A stretch of DNA of 64,000 bases from Spirochaetota bacterium (GCA_050298055.1 JBNKTL010000024.1:14809-78808); one strand, 5' to 3'; shown: positions 17,670 to 28,220, counted from the first letter of the stretch. The notes: generated from the sequence alone by a model not told the origin. Made by a program: numbers and translations.

Positions 17670-19112
17670 TTACTTGCAGTACTTGTCAAAACAGTACTCG
17701 ATCCTCTTCCGGTACTTTTCAAAACCGATCAGGGGGAGGACAAGGTCAAGTTCCGGTCCCCTGAGCCTTCCCGTGAGCATGGCCCGTACGGGCATGAAGA
17801 GCTTCTTTCCCTTCTGCCCTGAGGCTTCTTTTACCCGGTTAACGGTATCGGTGATAAAATTCTCTTCATTAATATCAGACTCAAGGAGCTCCTTTGCAGC
17901 TTTTATGACATCGGCGGAATATTCTTCTTTTAACATGCTTTCGGCATCTTCATCCGGTATTGAAACATCCTCAAAGAACATGGGGAGAAATTTCCCTATA
18001 TCGGAGAGCACCTCGCAGTATCCCTTCATCAGCTGAAGGACCTTCTCAAGGAGGTCACTTTCCATATCCCCGGGGTCGTATCCCGCCTCTTCTATGAAGG
18101 GGAAAAAGAGTTCCGGGATCCTCTCCTCAGGGTAGTTCCTGATGTAGACCCCGTTCATCCACCGGAGCTTCCTGAAGTCAAAGACAGCGGCACTCTTGGC
18201 GATGCTGGTGATATCTATCTGGCTGATAATCTCATCCTGTGAAAGTATCTCCTCTCCCGATTCCGTTGCCCAGCCCAGCATGGCAAGATAGTTGACCAGC
18301 GCCTCGGGGAGGTAGCCCTCCTTCCGGTAGAGTTCCACAGAGGTGATCCCGTGGCGTTTGCTCAGCTTCGACCTGTCCTCACCCAGGACCAGGGCGTGGT
18401 GGGCGTACTGGGGGACCGGCAGTCCCAGGGCATCGGCCATGAGTATCTGTTTCGGTGTGTTGGAGAGATGGTCCTCGCCCCGGATCACATGGGTCACCCC
18501 CATGAGGGCGTCGTCGATGACCACGATATAGTTGTAGACCGGGGTCCCGTCTGACCGGACAATGATGAAATCCCCGCCGATATTTTCACTTTTGAACTGA
18601 ATGTTTCCCTTTATATGGTCCTTTACGGTGACAGGCACTCCCTCGGGGACCCTGAACCGTATTACTGGTTTTCTCCCTTCATCCTCAAAAGACTTCTTCT
18701 TCGCGTCATCGATCTCGCCGCACCTGTTGGGACAGACGAAGGGCTGGTTTTCATTCTCAATTTCGGCCCGTACCTTGTCCACCTCTTCCGGTGTGCAGTA
18801 GCAGTAGTAGGCCTTGTTCTCATTTATGAGTTTTTCCGAGTATTCCCTGTAGATCTCAAAGCGTTCCGACTGCCGGTAAGGCCCTCTCTCCCCACCCAGG
18901 TCGGGGCCTTCGTTCCACTGGATCCCCAGCCACTTGAGGTCCTTGATAATGGACTCCTCGGACTCTTTGCTGCTCCTTTCAAAGTCGGTATCTTCGATCC
19001 TCAGGGTATAGTCCCAGTTGTTCTTTTTCGCGATCAGGTGGTTGATCAGGGCTGTTCGGGCATTCCCGATATGAAGGTAGCCTGTGGGGCTCGGGGCAAA
19101 TCGTACTCTCAT
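17670..19112 (-). CDS. gltX: Glutamate--tRNA ligase
   Basis: RFAPSPTGYLHIG, RIEDTD, IRGEDH, KLSKR. Confidence 0.97.
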   Translation of the reverse strand: MRVRFAPSPTGYLHIGNARTALINHLIAKKNNWDYTLRIEDTDFERSSKESEESIIKDLKWLGIQWNEGPDLGGERGPYRQSERFEIYREYSEKLINENKAYYCYCTPEEVDKVRAEIENENQPFVCPNRCGEIDDAKKKSFEDEGRKPVIRFRVPEGVPVTVKDHIKGNIQFKSENIGGDFIIVRSDGTPVYNYIVVIDDALMGVTHVIRGEDHLSNTPKQILMADALGLPVPQYAHHALVLGEDRSKLSKRHGITSVELYRKEGYLPEALVNYLAMLGWATESGEEILSQDEIISQIDITSIAKSAAVFDFRKLRWMNGVYIRNYPEERIPELFFPFIEEAGYDPGDMESDLLEKVLQLMKGYCEVLSDIGKFLPMFFEDVSIPDEDAESMLKEEYSADVIKAAKELLESDINEENFITDTVNRVKEASGQKGKKLFMPVRAMLTGRLRGPELDLVLPLIGFEKYRKRIEYCFDKYCK

Positions 19113-19306
19113 TATCGTCTCCGGGTATCTGTTCTTTTATTGGAGTCGTTAAGATAAGATTTGCCCGATTAATGTCAATGAGAAAAGGGGGGTAGGTAAT
19201 TGAATATGATTCAATTAAACCTGTTTATTTAATTGACGATATTTTGATATTTATTTAAAAGTTCATGAAATATGGTTTTTTATGAGAACATTAGGATAGT
19301 ACTGCT

Positions 19307-20209
19307 ATGAAAAAAATAAAGATAATAATAAATGCCTTCGGCTGCACCGGTGATGATTTTGACGCGAAAGAAGTTAACCGGGAAAAACTCCTGGATAAAG
19401 ATCCATCTGATGCCAGGCTGACAGTGAATGATCTGGAACAGATCCTTGAATCCATGATTGCTTCTGTAAAGGAAATTAAAGTACTCTATCCAGATGAACA
19501 AACTGGCATGAGCTATCACCATGATAACAGGGTGGAGAGCATCAAGTTTTTCATAGAATTCAGCGATGAAAAGGGAAATGTTCAAAAACTCGAGGAAAAA
19601 GAATTTTTTGAAAATGTGGCAGAGCACCCTGTCCTGGCCCCTAAAGTCCTGGAATATTGCAGGGTAACAGATGACGGTGAAGAGGGAACACGAATCTGGA
19701 TAGCCGATGAATTCGACGAGGGTCCTCCCGCGGGAACCTTTGCTATTCTGGGTCTTGTTCATCAGGACAAAAAGTGGATCCCCGATTATATTGAATTTTT
19801 AAGGACAAATGATCTGGATCATGAAGTTGAGCAGCAATGGCAGATTAAGGGGATCATTGATAAATATGGCTGGTGTAATGAAACGTCCCGTCTTGCTATC
19901 GCGAGAAATGTCAGTTGTTGCGGTCAGGGTGGGACGCAGCAGTTTAAAGAATTCATTGATAACGGCCTGGGTGATTATATTAAACAGCAGGAAAACAGGC
20001 CGGCTTTTCTGAAGGATATCACCCGGGAGTTTCTTGATTATGAATCAACCGATCACGGGAAAAAACTGCTTAATGATTCAAAAGAGTATTATATGAAATG
20101 GAGAAGCGAAGAACTGGAAGGTTTTGAGTTTGTTTTGACAGAAGATGAAAAAGTGACAATTAAAGAAGAGATCGCCCGGAGATGGGATCTCTTTAACCGG
20201 GAAAAATAA
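19307..20209 (+). CDS. Hypothetical protein
   Basis: 300 aa ORF, acidic; no family confidently recognised. Confidence 0.7.
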   Translation: MKKIKIIINAFGCTGDDFDAKEVNREKLLDKDPSDARLTVNDLEQILESMIASVKEIKVLYPDEQTGMSYHHDNRVESIKFFIEFSDEKGNVQKLEEKEFFENVAEHPVLAPKVLEYCRVTDDGEEGTRIWIADEFDEGPPAGTFAILGLVHQDKKWIPDYIEFLRTNDLDHEVEQQWQIKGIIDKYGWCNETSRLAIARNVSCCGQGGTQQFKEFIDNGLGDYIKQQENRPAFLKDITREFLDYESTDHGKKLLNDSKEYYMKWRSEELEGFEFVLTEDEKVTIKEEIARRWDLFNREK

Positions 20210-20372
20210 AAATAAATTTGAATAGTGAACCAGTAAGGAATAAAATCAGGATGTATGCAATTATCTGCTCGTGCTGAGCCCGCGTGATTTTACACCTATA
20301 TGACTCTCATAATAGTTGGATATCCCAGCAGTTAACCGATCATGATGAGTTGAAAATCACGCAGTCGAAGTG

Positions 20373-20609
20373 CTAATAATCATAGAGATTCGCCGAGGGG
20401 ATCCCCGAAGCGATCTCGTTTGCCTCTTTCTCGATCCTGTTAATCAGCTTTTTGATCTTCAGGGAGATATCATCCTCCACAAGGACCGCGTCACACCTCA
20501 TGCATTTATAGGCGGGAATATTTTCCAGGATAAAATTAAAGTTCTTCCTGCTGAATTTCTGGATCGTTTTCCCCTCCACAAGAACTCCCCCGCAGCTTGT
20601 ACATTCCAT
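20373..20609 (-). CDS. YgiT-type (MqsA-like) zinc finger protein
   Basis: MECTSCGG..ENIPAYKCMRC; start reassigned to ATG 20609 after gagg RBS. Confidence 0.8.
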   Translation of the reverse strand: MECTSCGGVLVEGKTIQKFSRKNFNFILENIPAYKCMRCDAVLVEDDISLKIKKLINRIEKEANEIASGIPSANLYDY

Positions 20610-20747
20610 ATTAAAACCTCTTTTCTCCCGAAAATATTCTATCAAGTTACTAAACGTGTATTATTTTGAGAAAAAATCCATTTTTGTCAAGCGTCTATTC
20701 CCCTTATTTTTATTGACAGAAGATTCTCTCAATGGAATTCTCATACC

Positions 20748-21515
20748 ATGAACGGGATATACACAGAAGCCGCGGAGATCATTAAGAACTCAAAAAACCT
20801 GATCGCCCTCACCGGCGCGGGAATTTCCGTTGAAAGCGGGATCCCTGATTTCAGGAGCCCCGGGGGGCTCTGGGAGAAGTTCGATCCGGAAGTTTACGCG
20901 TCAATTGACACATTCAATAAGATGCCCGGCAAAGCCTGGGAGATGATTTTCGAGATGATGGATGTCATTATTGACGCGAAACCGAACCCGGCGCACCAGG
21001 CCCTGGCATGGATGGAAGGCGAGGGTTACCTCAGGTCCGTGATAACTCAGAATGTTGATAACCTTCACCAGGCAGCAGGAAGCAGGAATGTCATCGAATA
21101 CCATGGGAACTCCAGTATGTTTACCTGTGTACACTGTCACAGGGAATATGAGGCTGATCAGTTCAGGAAGAGCCTTAAGGAGAGGAAAATTCCCGGGTGC
21201 AGCGAATGCGAAAGAATATTGAAGCCGTCGGTTGTTTTCTTCGGAGAGATGATCCCCCAGCGGGCACTCATGGAAGCACAGTTCCTTGCGGACTCGGCGG
21301 ACGCGCTCCTTGTTATCGGGACCTCCGCCATAATATATCCCGCCGCGGGGATACCGGTTGTGGCAAAGAACAACGGGGCAAAAATAGTGGAATTCAACCT
21401 TGAAGAGACCAACTACACGGAGAGCATAACGGACCTCTTTATAAAGGGTCCCGCGGGCCAGACCCTTCCCGCAGTGGTTGATGCTCTCAGCGGGTTAGCA
21501 GGTGCGGGCCATTGA
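20748..21515 (+). CDS. cobB: NAD-dependent protein deacylase (sirtuin)
   Basis: GAGISVESGIPDFR, TQNVDNLH, HG, CxxC..CxxC, GTS. Confidence 0.93.
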   Translation: MNGIYTEAAEIIKNSKNLIALTGAGISVESGIPDFRSPGGLWEKFDPEVYASIDTFNKMPGKAWEMIFEMMDVIIDAKPNPAHQALAWMEGEGYLRSVITQNVDNLHQAAGSRNVIEYHGNSSMFTCVHCHREYEADQFRKSLKERKIPGCSECERILKPSVVFFGEMIPQRALMEAQFLADSADALLVIGTSAIIYPAAGIPVVAKNNGAKIVEFNLEETNYTESITDLFIKGPAGQTLPAVVDALSGLAGAGH

Positions 21516-23272
21516 AACGAATTAAAGTATTACCCGATTCTGTCCGTAAAAAGATCGCGGCCGGGGAGGTCGTGGAGGGGCCCTTTTCCGTAATAAAGGA
21601 ACTCCTGGAAAATTCCCTGGATGCCGGTGCGACGGAAATTGATGTGCAGGTCCACGACAGCGGACTGAAAAAGATCCTTGTCCGTGACAACGGACAGGGA
21701 ATAGAACCTGAAGACATTGAGCTTGTCATTGCCGACTATGCAACCAGCAAGATAGATGATGTTTACGATATTCACAGGGTGGATACCTACGGATTCCGGG
21801 GCGAAGCCGTTTCCAGCATCTCTTCAATATCAGACATTACCATACTCTCCCGGCGTCATGAATGTGAAACAGGGGTCAGGCTGTCCGGTTCTGACAGGGG
21901 GGTTGAAACCGGTGATTTTGCCGGACCCGGGGGAACAACGGTTATCGTTGAGAATCTCTTCTATAATGTGCCCGCGAGAAAAAAGTTTCTCAAGACCCGG
22001 AGGACTGAAATGCGGTATATCAGGGAGACATTTTTAAAGGCGTCGCTTCCCCATCCCGGTACGGCCTTTACCCTTGATGTTGACGGGAAGCGGCATATCA
22101 CCCTTGGGAAAGTCTCTTCCCCGGACGAAAGGGTGGGGCAGATATACGGGAACGAGGTCCTGGACAATCTCTCTTTTGAGAGTATGCAGGATATTAAAGT
22201 CAGGATAAACGGGTTTTTCTCTCAACCCGGTTTCATGAGATCATCCCGGTCAATGCAGCTTCTCTATATAAACAGAAGGCCGGTGGAGTTTAAGTATTTC
22301 GGATACATTCTCATGAAAGCCTATGAAGCAATAGCCGTGAGGGGGAAGCACCCGGCGGCAATCATTTTCATTGATATTGAGCCGGAACTTGTTGATGTGA
22401 ACATCCATCCCGCCAAGAGGGAAGTGAAGGTCTTTGACCAGAAATACCTGGAATCGCTGATCTTTAAGCTGGCTGAGAAGGCCCTCAACAGAAAACACTC
22501 TCTTACGGATGAATTCTTTAGAAGTGAAGAGAAGGTCGTTCGTGAAACCGCGGGAACTGCCCCTTTCCCGGGAGGGACCGTCAGGGACTCCTCCGGCACG
22601 GGAAGCCTCTTCAGGGGACGAGAGGTGTTTCACGCATCACCGGGCTTTTCGGGAAGGGACGTGGTCAATGAAGGGGCCGAATTATACAGGGAGTTCAGAG
22701 ATGATGATGAGAGCATCAGGATACTGGGGACTGCTTTCGGGACTTATATTGTGGTGGAACAGGGGGATTCACTGAACTTTATCGATTTTCATGCGGCCCA
22801 CGAGAGGTTAATCTATGACAGGCTCAGGGAGAACAGCCCGGAAATTGAGAGCCAGGCCCTGGCGTTCCCGGTCATGGCGGAGCTCCCCGTGGATGAATAC
22901 AGGCTTGTTCTTGAGAACTTTCAGCTTCTGGGCGAAATGGGTTTTGACATAGATGATTTTGCGGACAATACGGTAACCGTCCGTGCGGTCCCCGGGATAG
23001 TGAGAGACATGGATGTGAAAGAGTTCCTGGAAGATTTCGCGGAATCCATAAAGGGGGAGAAGGGAGGAGGTTCCGATTTCAGGGACGCCATGGCGAAAAG
23101 CGCGGCCTGTCATTCCGCCAAAAGGTCCGGCGATCACCTGAGTAGAAACGACCTTGAACTTCTTGTGAGGGATGTTTTCAGCGGAGACCATGAGATGAGG
23201 TGTCCCCACGGACGGCCCTATATCTACAGTATCAGTAAATCAGATTTTGAGAGGATGTTCAGCAGACAATGA
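21512..23272 (+). CDS. mutL: DNA mismatch repair endonuclease MutL
   Basis: IAAGEVVE, GFRGEA, DVNIHPAK.EV, DFHAAHER, CPHGRP. Confidence 0.96.
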   Translation: MKRIKVLPDSVRKKIAAGEVVEGPFSVIKELLENSLDAGATEIDVQVHDSGLKKILVRDNGQGIEPEDIELVIADYATSKIDDVYDIHRVDTYGFRGEAVSSISSISDITILSRRHECETGVRLSGSDRGVETGDFAGPGGTTVIVENLFYNVPARKKFLKTRRTEMRYIRETFLKASLPHPGTAFTLDVDGKRHITLGKVSSPDERVGQIYGNEVLDNLSFESMQDIKVRINGFFSQPGFMRSSRSMQLLYINRRPVEFKYFGYILMKAYEAIAVRGKHPAAIIFIDIEPELVDVNIHPAKREVKVFDQKYLESLIFKLAEKALNRKHSLTDEFFRSEEKVVRETAGTAPFPGGTVRDSSGTGSLFRGREVFHASPGFSGRDVVNEGAELYREFRDDDESIRILGTAFGTYIVVEQGDSLNFIDFHAAHERLIYDRLRENSPEIESQALAFPVMAELPVDEYRLVLENFQLLGEMGFDIDDFADNTVTVRAVPGIVRDMDVKEFLEDFAESIKGEKGGGSDFRDAMAKSAACHSAKRSGDHLSRNDLELLVRDVFSGDHEMRCPHGRPYIYSISKSDFERMFSRQ

Positions 23273-23796
23273 AAAAGATAATACTGGGAGTCAGCGCTTC
23301 AATTGCGGCCTACAAGGCCTATGATCTTACACGGCTTTTTGTGAAGGAGGGGTTTTCCGTTTACAATCTCCTTACGGAAAATTCACTTCACCTTGTTTCA
23401 CCCCTGACATTTGAGACCCTGTCGGGAAACCGGGTCTCTATTCACTCATTTTCCCCGGAACAGCACGAGATGGAACACATATCCCTGAAACAGGACGCGG
23501 CCCTTTTCCTTGTGGCCCCGGCAACCGCGGACGTCATCGGCAAGTTCGCCAACGGGATAGCGGATGACCTTCTCAGTACCACATACCTCTCGGTGGAGTG
23601 CCCGGTCCTTCTTGCCCCTGCAATGAACCCGGCCATGTACAGCCATCCCGCGGTAGAGGAGAACCTTGCGCGGCTGAAGAAGAGGGGCGTCCGTATAGTT
23701 GAGCCCCAGACAGGGGATGTTATCTGCGGCGATGAAGGAAAGGGAAAGCTGGCTGATATTGAAGAGATCTTCAGGGCATCACTGGATGTCATTTAA
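23269..23796 (+). CDS. coaC: Phosphopantothenoylcysteine decarboxylase (stand-alone)
   Basis: GVSASIAAYK, APATA..GIADD, PAMN..M, ICGD.G.GKL. Confidence 0.9.
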   Translation: MKKIILGVSASIAAYKAYDLTRLFVKEGFSVYNLLTENSLHLVSPLTFETLSGNRVSIHSFSPEQHEMEHISLKQDAALFLVAPATADVIGKFANGIADDLLSTTYLSVECPVLLAPAMNPAMYSHPAVEENLARLKKRGVRIVEPQTGDVICGDEGKGKLADIEEIFRASLDVI

Positions 23797-24451
23797 GGAG
23801 AGAAAGGTCATCGTAACAGGAGGTCCCGCCAGGGAGTGGATCGATCCCGTGAGGTATATCTCCAATCCCTCCACGGGGAAAATGGGGGCTGCTCTTGCGG
23901 ATGAAGCCTGGAAAAGATGCAGGGAGACCGTGTTTATCCACGGGCATATGGAAAAGGCTCTTATATCGGAAAAACCGTACCGGTGTGTCATGGCCGGCAC
24001 CACATCCCTGATGCTGTCAGCTGTTCTGGAGGAGCTGGAAGATGGGGCGCTCCTCATTATGGCGGCGGCCCCGGCGGATTATACTCCCGTGTCACCCTGT
24101 GAAACAAAGATTAAAAAAGGCGCCCGGAACCTGGTCCTGGAACTTACCCGGACCCCGGACATATTACTGGAGATAAGACGCAAAAGGGAAAAGGGCCATT
24201 TCAGGAACACCTTCGTTGTGGGGTTTGCGGCTGAAACCGATCATCCCGAAGAATATGCCCTGAAAAAGCTGCATGAGAAAAACCTGGACATGATATGCCT
24301 TAACGATGTTTCCCGGAAGGACGCCGGGTTCGGAACGGACACCAATGCGGTCACTCTCTTTTTCCGGGACGGTGAAAGGAATGAACTTCCCCTCCTGAGT
24401 AAATCGGACACTGCCGAAAGGATCCTTGATGAGATTGAGAGGAGGATGTAG
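23786..24451 (+). CDS. coaB: Phosphopantothenate--cysteine ligase (stand-alone)
   Basis: VTGG..E.IDPVRYISN.STGKMG, AAPADY, VGFAAET; start ATG 23786 overlaps coaC. Confidence 0.9.
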   Translation: MSFKERKVIVTGGPAREWIDPVRYISNPSTGKMGAALADEAWKRCRETVFIHGHMEKALISEKPYRCVMAGTTSLMLSAVLEELEDGALLIMAAAPADYTPVSPCETKIKKGARNLVLELTRTPDILLEIRRKREKGHFRNTFVVGFAAETDHPEEYALKKLHEKNLDMICLNDVSRKDAGFGTDTNAVTLFFRDGERNELPLLSKSDTAERILDEIERRM

Positions 24452-24541
24452 CCGCAGAATCGGATCAATTTATTAATTGATTTTCACGAGTGGTTATTAT
24501 ATATTAAAATATCATCATACTCATTACAGGAAGGTGATACC

Positions 24542-25363
24542 ATGTACCAGAGAAAACCAGCAGTTGCCGGCGCTTTTTATTCCGCAGGGAAAAACGATCT
24601 CATGAGGAGTGTTGACACATATCTCAACAGCGCGGAATTACCCGGTCTTGACGGGGAGATCGTAGGGGTCGTGTCCCCCCATGCGGGATATATCTACTCG
24701 GGACCCATTGCCGCTTACTCATTCAGGGCCATAAAGGACTCCGATTATGAGCTGGCAGTGGTCCTCGCTCCTTCCCACAGGGCCCGCTTTGACGGGGCCT
24801 CGGTGATACCTGAAGGTATCTATAAAACACCCCTTGGAGACGTTGAAATCGACAGTGCCATAGGGAAAAAGCTCATGGAAAAACGGGGTTTCGCCTTTCT
24901 GAAGGAGGTCCATGCCGTTGAACACTCCCTGGAGGTGCAGGTCCCTTTTCTCCAGCGGGTACTCAGTACATTTAAAATTGTGCCTGTTATTGTGGGGACC
25001 ACCGACCTCACCGCGTGCACTCTTCTTGCGGAAGGACTCGGCATCATCCTGAAAGAGGAGAAGAGGAAATTCATTGTCGTTATCTCCACTGACCTTTCCC
25101 ACTACTATTCATACGACAGCGCGGTGAGCAGGGATGGGCAGTTTATTGAGAGCCTTAAGACCTTTGATGAAAAAGGGATAAAGGACCTCCTGGCCAGCGG
25201 AAAATCGGAAGCATGCGGGGAGGGGCCTCTCCTTACAGGTATCATGCTCTGCAAGGAACTTGGCGCTGAGGGAGTCACTATACTGAAATATGGCAATTCG
25301 GGGGACACTGCCGGGGACAGGAACCAGGTTGTGGGATATCTCTCCGCGGCTTTCCTACGGTAG
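24542..25363 (+). CDS. amrB: AmmeMemoRadiSam protein B (MEMO1 family)
   Basis: PAVAG.FY, PHAGY.YSG, EHSLEVQ.PFLQ, STDLSHY, CG, VVGY. Confidence 0.92.
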   Translation: MYQRKPAVAGAFYSAGKNDLMRSVDTYLNSAELPGLDGEIVGVVSPHAGYIYSGPIAAYSFRAIKDSDYELAVVLAPSHRARFDGASVIPEGIYKTPLGDVEIDSAIGKKLMEKRGFAFLKEVHAVEHSLEVQVPFLQRVLSTFKIVPVIVGTTDLTACTLLAEGLGIILKEEKRKFIVVISTDLSHYYSYDSAVSRDGQFIESLKTFDEKGIKDLLASGKSEACGEGPLLTGIMLCKELGAEGVTILKYGNSGDTAGDRNQVVGYLSAAFLR

Positions 25364-25374
25364 GAGTACTCTAA

Positions 25375-25950
25375 ATGATAGAACTGAACAGGGAACAGCA
25401 GGTAAAGCTTCTTAAACTGGCACGAAAGACCATCGCAGAACATCTGAATACGGAATATAACAGCGGGGGACTTGATCTCAGTGATGAAATATTGCAGGAG
25501 AAGTGCGGGGCCTTTGTCACTCTTCACAGTGAGGGGAATCTCAGGGGATGTATCGGCAATATTGTGGGCGTATACCCGATCCCGCAGACCATTGTAGAGA
25601 TGTCAAAATCCTCGGCTTTCAGGGACCCCCGGTTTCCTCCGCTGACAAAATCAGAGTACAGCGGTATCGATATCGAAATATCGGTCCTGAGCCCCATTGA
25701 AAGAGTGTATGAGATCTCAGAGATTGTTGTTGGCCGAGACGGGCTTATCGTCTCCAGCGGGTTTAACTCGGGGCTTCTCCTTCCCCAGGTCCCCGTTGAG
25801 CAGGGCTGGGACCTGGAAACGTTTCTTACCCACACCTGTTACAAGGCGGGCCTGCCGGGTGATTCATGGAGAAAGCCGGGGCTCAAGATCGAGAAGTTCT
25901 CCGCCCAGGTCTTCGGGGAGAAGGAACTTGGCCTAATCCCGAAAGAGTAG
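25375..25950 (+). CDS. amrA: AmmeMemoRadiSam protein A (AMMECR1 family)
   Basis: GAFVTL..LRGCIG, DPRFPP, EISVLSP, GLLLPQV, KAG. Confidence 0.92.
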   Translation: MIELNREQQVKLLKLARKTIAEHLNTEYNSGGLDLSDEILQEKCGAFVTLHSEGNLRGCIGNIVGVYPIPQTIVEMSKSSAFRDPRFPPLTKSEYSGIDIEISVLSPIERVYEISEIVVGRDGLIVSSGFNSGLLLPQVPVEQGWDLETFLTHTCYKAGLPGDSWRKPGLKIEKFSAQVFGEKELGLIPKE

Positions 25951-26052
25951 AATTGTACCTCCATCTCCTTTGATATTCTCATCGGCAAAAGAAAAAGGCG
26001 GATTATTATCCGCCTATTAACTGTCTGTGATAAAAACATGTCCTGTGGGGGA

Positions 26053-27834
26053 TCAGAGAGCGTCGTATTCATAGGCCCCCATGGACCAGGGGGCTGTTCT
26101 CAGGTTGTAGAGAATATCAATTGTCGTAATGTCAGTATAGGGATATGCCCCCCGGGTTACCGCAACCGGACTGTTTACCGTAAGCGGGTAGTCCGCTCCG
26201 GTGCTGGCTGTAATAAAGGGATTAACACTTATGTTATTATTTACACCCGTATAGTCTGTACCCATATCATCCGGTACCCAAATGTCATTATAGCTTACTA
26301 CGGGGGAGCTTCCGGAACTGTTCATGATCCCGAAGCTGACCTGGGGATCAGAGTCAAAATCTGAGAAGATGATATTATTACTTATCACTGGATGGGAATC
26401 CATGAGATTATAGATTCCGAATACTCCAATGATCGCTTTTCCTGTGTTTATGGTGTTGTTGATTATTTTACTGTCAGAATTGACATTAATGATTCCGAGA
26501 GTTCTGCTGGAGGCTGTCATTCCTGCCCATATCGAATTATTTACCAGTAATGCCGGCGAGTATCTTATTTCAACTCCGATACTTGCCCCGGGGGATTGAT
26601 TGCAGCCGGAAATTTTATTATGAGTAATGACAGCAAAGGTGTTTATTATGGAAATACCTTTACTGTATGAAGAATATGTACCGCCCGAGATTGTATTGTT
26701 TTCTATTTCAACATTATACCCGTTGCTATATTCTACATATATTCCGCAGCTGTTTCCAGAATAGATACCCCCGCTGATAACATTATTTTTAATTATTGCA
26801 GCACCCTGGGATGAGTATATTGCTCTTGTGTTTTTACAGGAGAAAGATGTGTTCCCCCCCCGCGCGTTAATTGCTTGATTGTTCTCCACTCGTATATTTC
26901 CGTTTAAACTCATAATCCCGACGGTCTCCTCTGTCCCGAGGCCGCCATCGATAGTATTCTGACTGATCTCCAGTGGATCACTCTCTGTACTGAAAATTCC
27001 CGTTATCTGAATGGCTTTCGTATACTTTCCCTCTCCTCCAAGTATCCAATTGTCCTGAATTTTGCCTGTGGATTTTTCAAACAAAATCCCTGCCGGATTA
27101 TCATGTGCTCCCCCGTTTATTATATTGCCGGTTATTTCAAAAATTGATTGATTGGCCCTGAGAGCATATGTTGTTCCGCTGACTTTACCTCCGCTTCCGT
27201 AAATAAGGTTGTCATCAATCCACCCAAAACTCTTGTCAAGATTAAGTCCCGTTCCATTTTCACCCTTACTCTCGATATAATTTCTGTGTAATTTTATTCT
27301 CGATATTTTAACATCCATTGCCGGGGTATTTGAGTTATATGATTGTACAGTGAAGCCTTCAAATGTTAAATTTTTAACAAGTGTAACGGTAACCGCCGGA
27401 CCGGAATCAGCCGGGCTCTCAATACGTGTGGTGTAGATATAAGCTGCATTGGGTGAGATATCCCTGTCGTTCCAGTCACCGGCATTATATCCTCCCAGAA
27501 TATCTATCTTGAAATTATCTGTGGCTGCACAGGGCGCATAGGTTCCCGCAGCAACATGAACAGAGCCGTATCCATCCAGAGGGATGAGATCCACCGCAGC
27601 CTGGATCGTGGCCTTGGGCAGGTCCTGGGTCCCGGGATTGCTGTCACTCCCCCCGTCCTGAGGTGTCCTCACATAGATATCGATACCTGGTTTTGTAAGC
27701 AGTTTTAAAGATGCTTTGGAAGATGTATCATAAGCATCTCCCTGAGGTACCTGAGATCCCGAACTCCTTTCATAATCGCAGCGAAAAAGAGAAGTGATCA
27801 GTAAGGTAAAAATCAGAAAATCTCTTATTTTCAT
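26053..27834 (-). CDS. Lipoprotein with right-handed parallel beta-helix
   Basis: Lipobox-like SLFRC, G.D.NPGT..P.ATIQ.A, many NN.I.GG repeats, MGAYE C-terminus; start moved to ATG 27834 after ggag. Confidence 0.8.
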   Translation of the reverse strand: MKIRDFLIFTLLITSLFRCDYERSSGSQVPQGDAYDTSSKASLKLLTKPGIDIYVRTPQDGGSDSNPGTQDLPKATIQAAVDLIPLDGYGSVHVAAGTYAPCAATDNFKIDILGGYNAGDWNDRDISPNAAYIYTTRIESPADSGPAVTVTLVKNLTFEGFTVQSYNSNTPAMDVKISRIKLHRNYIESKGENGTGLNLDKSFGWIDDNLIYGSGGKVSGTTYALRANQSIFEITGNIINGGAHDNPAGILFEKSTGKIQDNWILGGEGKYTKAIQITGIFSTESDPLEISQNTIDGGLGTEETVGIMSLNGNIRVENNQAINARGGNTSFSCKNTRAIYSSQGAAIIKNNVISGGIYSGNSCGIYVEYSNGYNVEIENNTISGGTYSSYSKGISIINTFAVITHNKISGCNQSPGASIGVEIRYSPALLVNNSIWAGMTASSRTLGIINVNSDSKIINNTINTGKAIIGVFGIYNLMDSHPVISNNIIFSDFDSDPQVSFGIMNSSGSSPVVSYNDIWVPDDMGTDYTGVNNNISVNPFITASTGADYPLTVNSPVAVTRGAYPYTDITTIDILYNLRTAPWSMGAYEYDAL

Positions 27835-28010
27835 TTTGTCCTCCTTTATAATTTTGTAATGAACGGGCAATTGCCTGTCTGGCATAAGTAGAAAATACCG
27901 TATCATGTTGCCCGAAAAAAAATACTCCTCCGGATTTTTAGGAGTTTTTTGATCATTGAATGCCCTTATATCCCGGTTTAACTTTTTAAGGATTCTCTGT
28001 TTGTAACGAA

Positions 28011-28095
28011 TCAGCTATATGTTTTAAATATTTATCATTAATAAAATATTAACAATATGTCCCCGCCGCCGAAGGCGGCGGGGACATATCAGTTT
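28011..28095. repeat. Dispersed hairpin element, copy 1
   Basis: 16-bp stem ATATGTCCCCGCCGCC-gaa-GGCGGCGGGGACATAT; flanks shared with the copy at 52976-53060. Confidence 0.85.
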
Positions 28096-28220
28096 TATCT
28101 CTTAATGAATATGATCATTCACACAAATAGATGAGTAGTTGTATCTGTTTTAAAAAAAAGTAAATGACAAATTAAGCATTGGTGAGATTCTTATCCTCAT
28201 CTTTACTCTCACAGGAGATT

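Noticed and set aside
27840..28010. Riboswitch in the leader of the beta-helix lipoprotein
   Set aside because: A terminator-like hairpin exists (about 27918-27950) but I could not recognise any aptamer consensus
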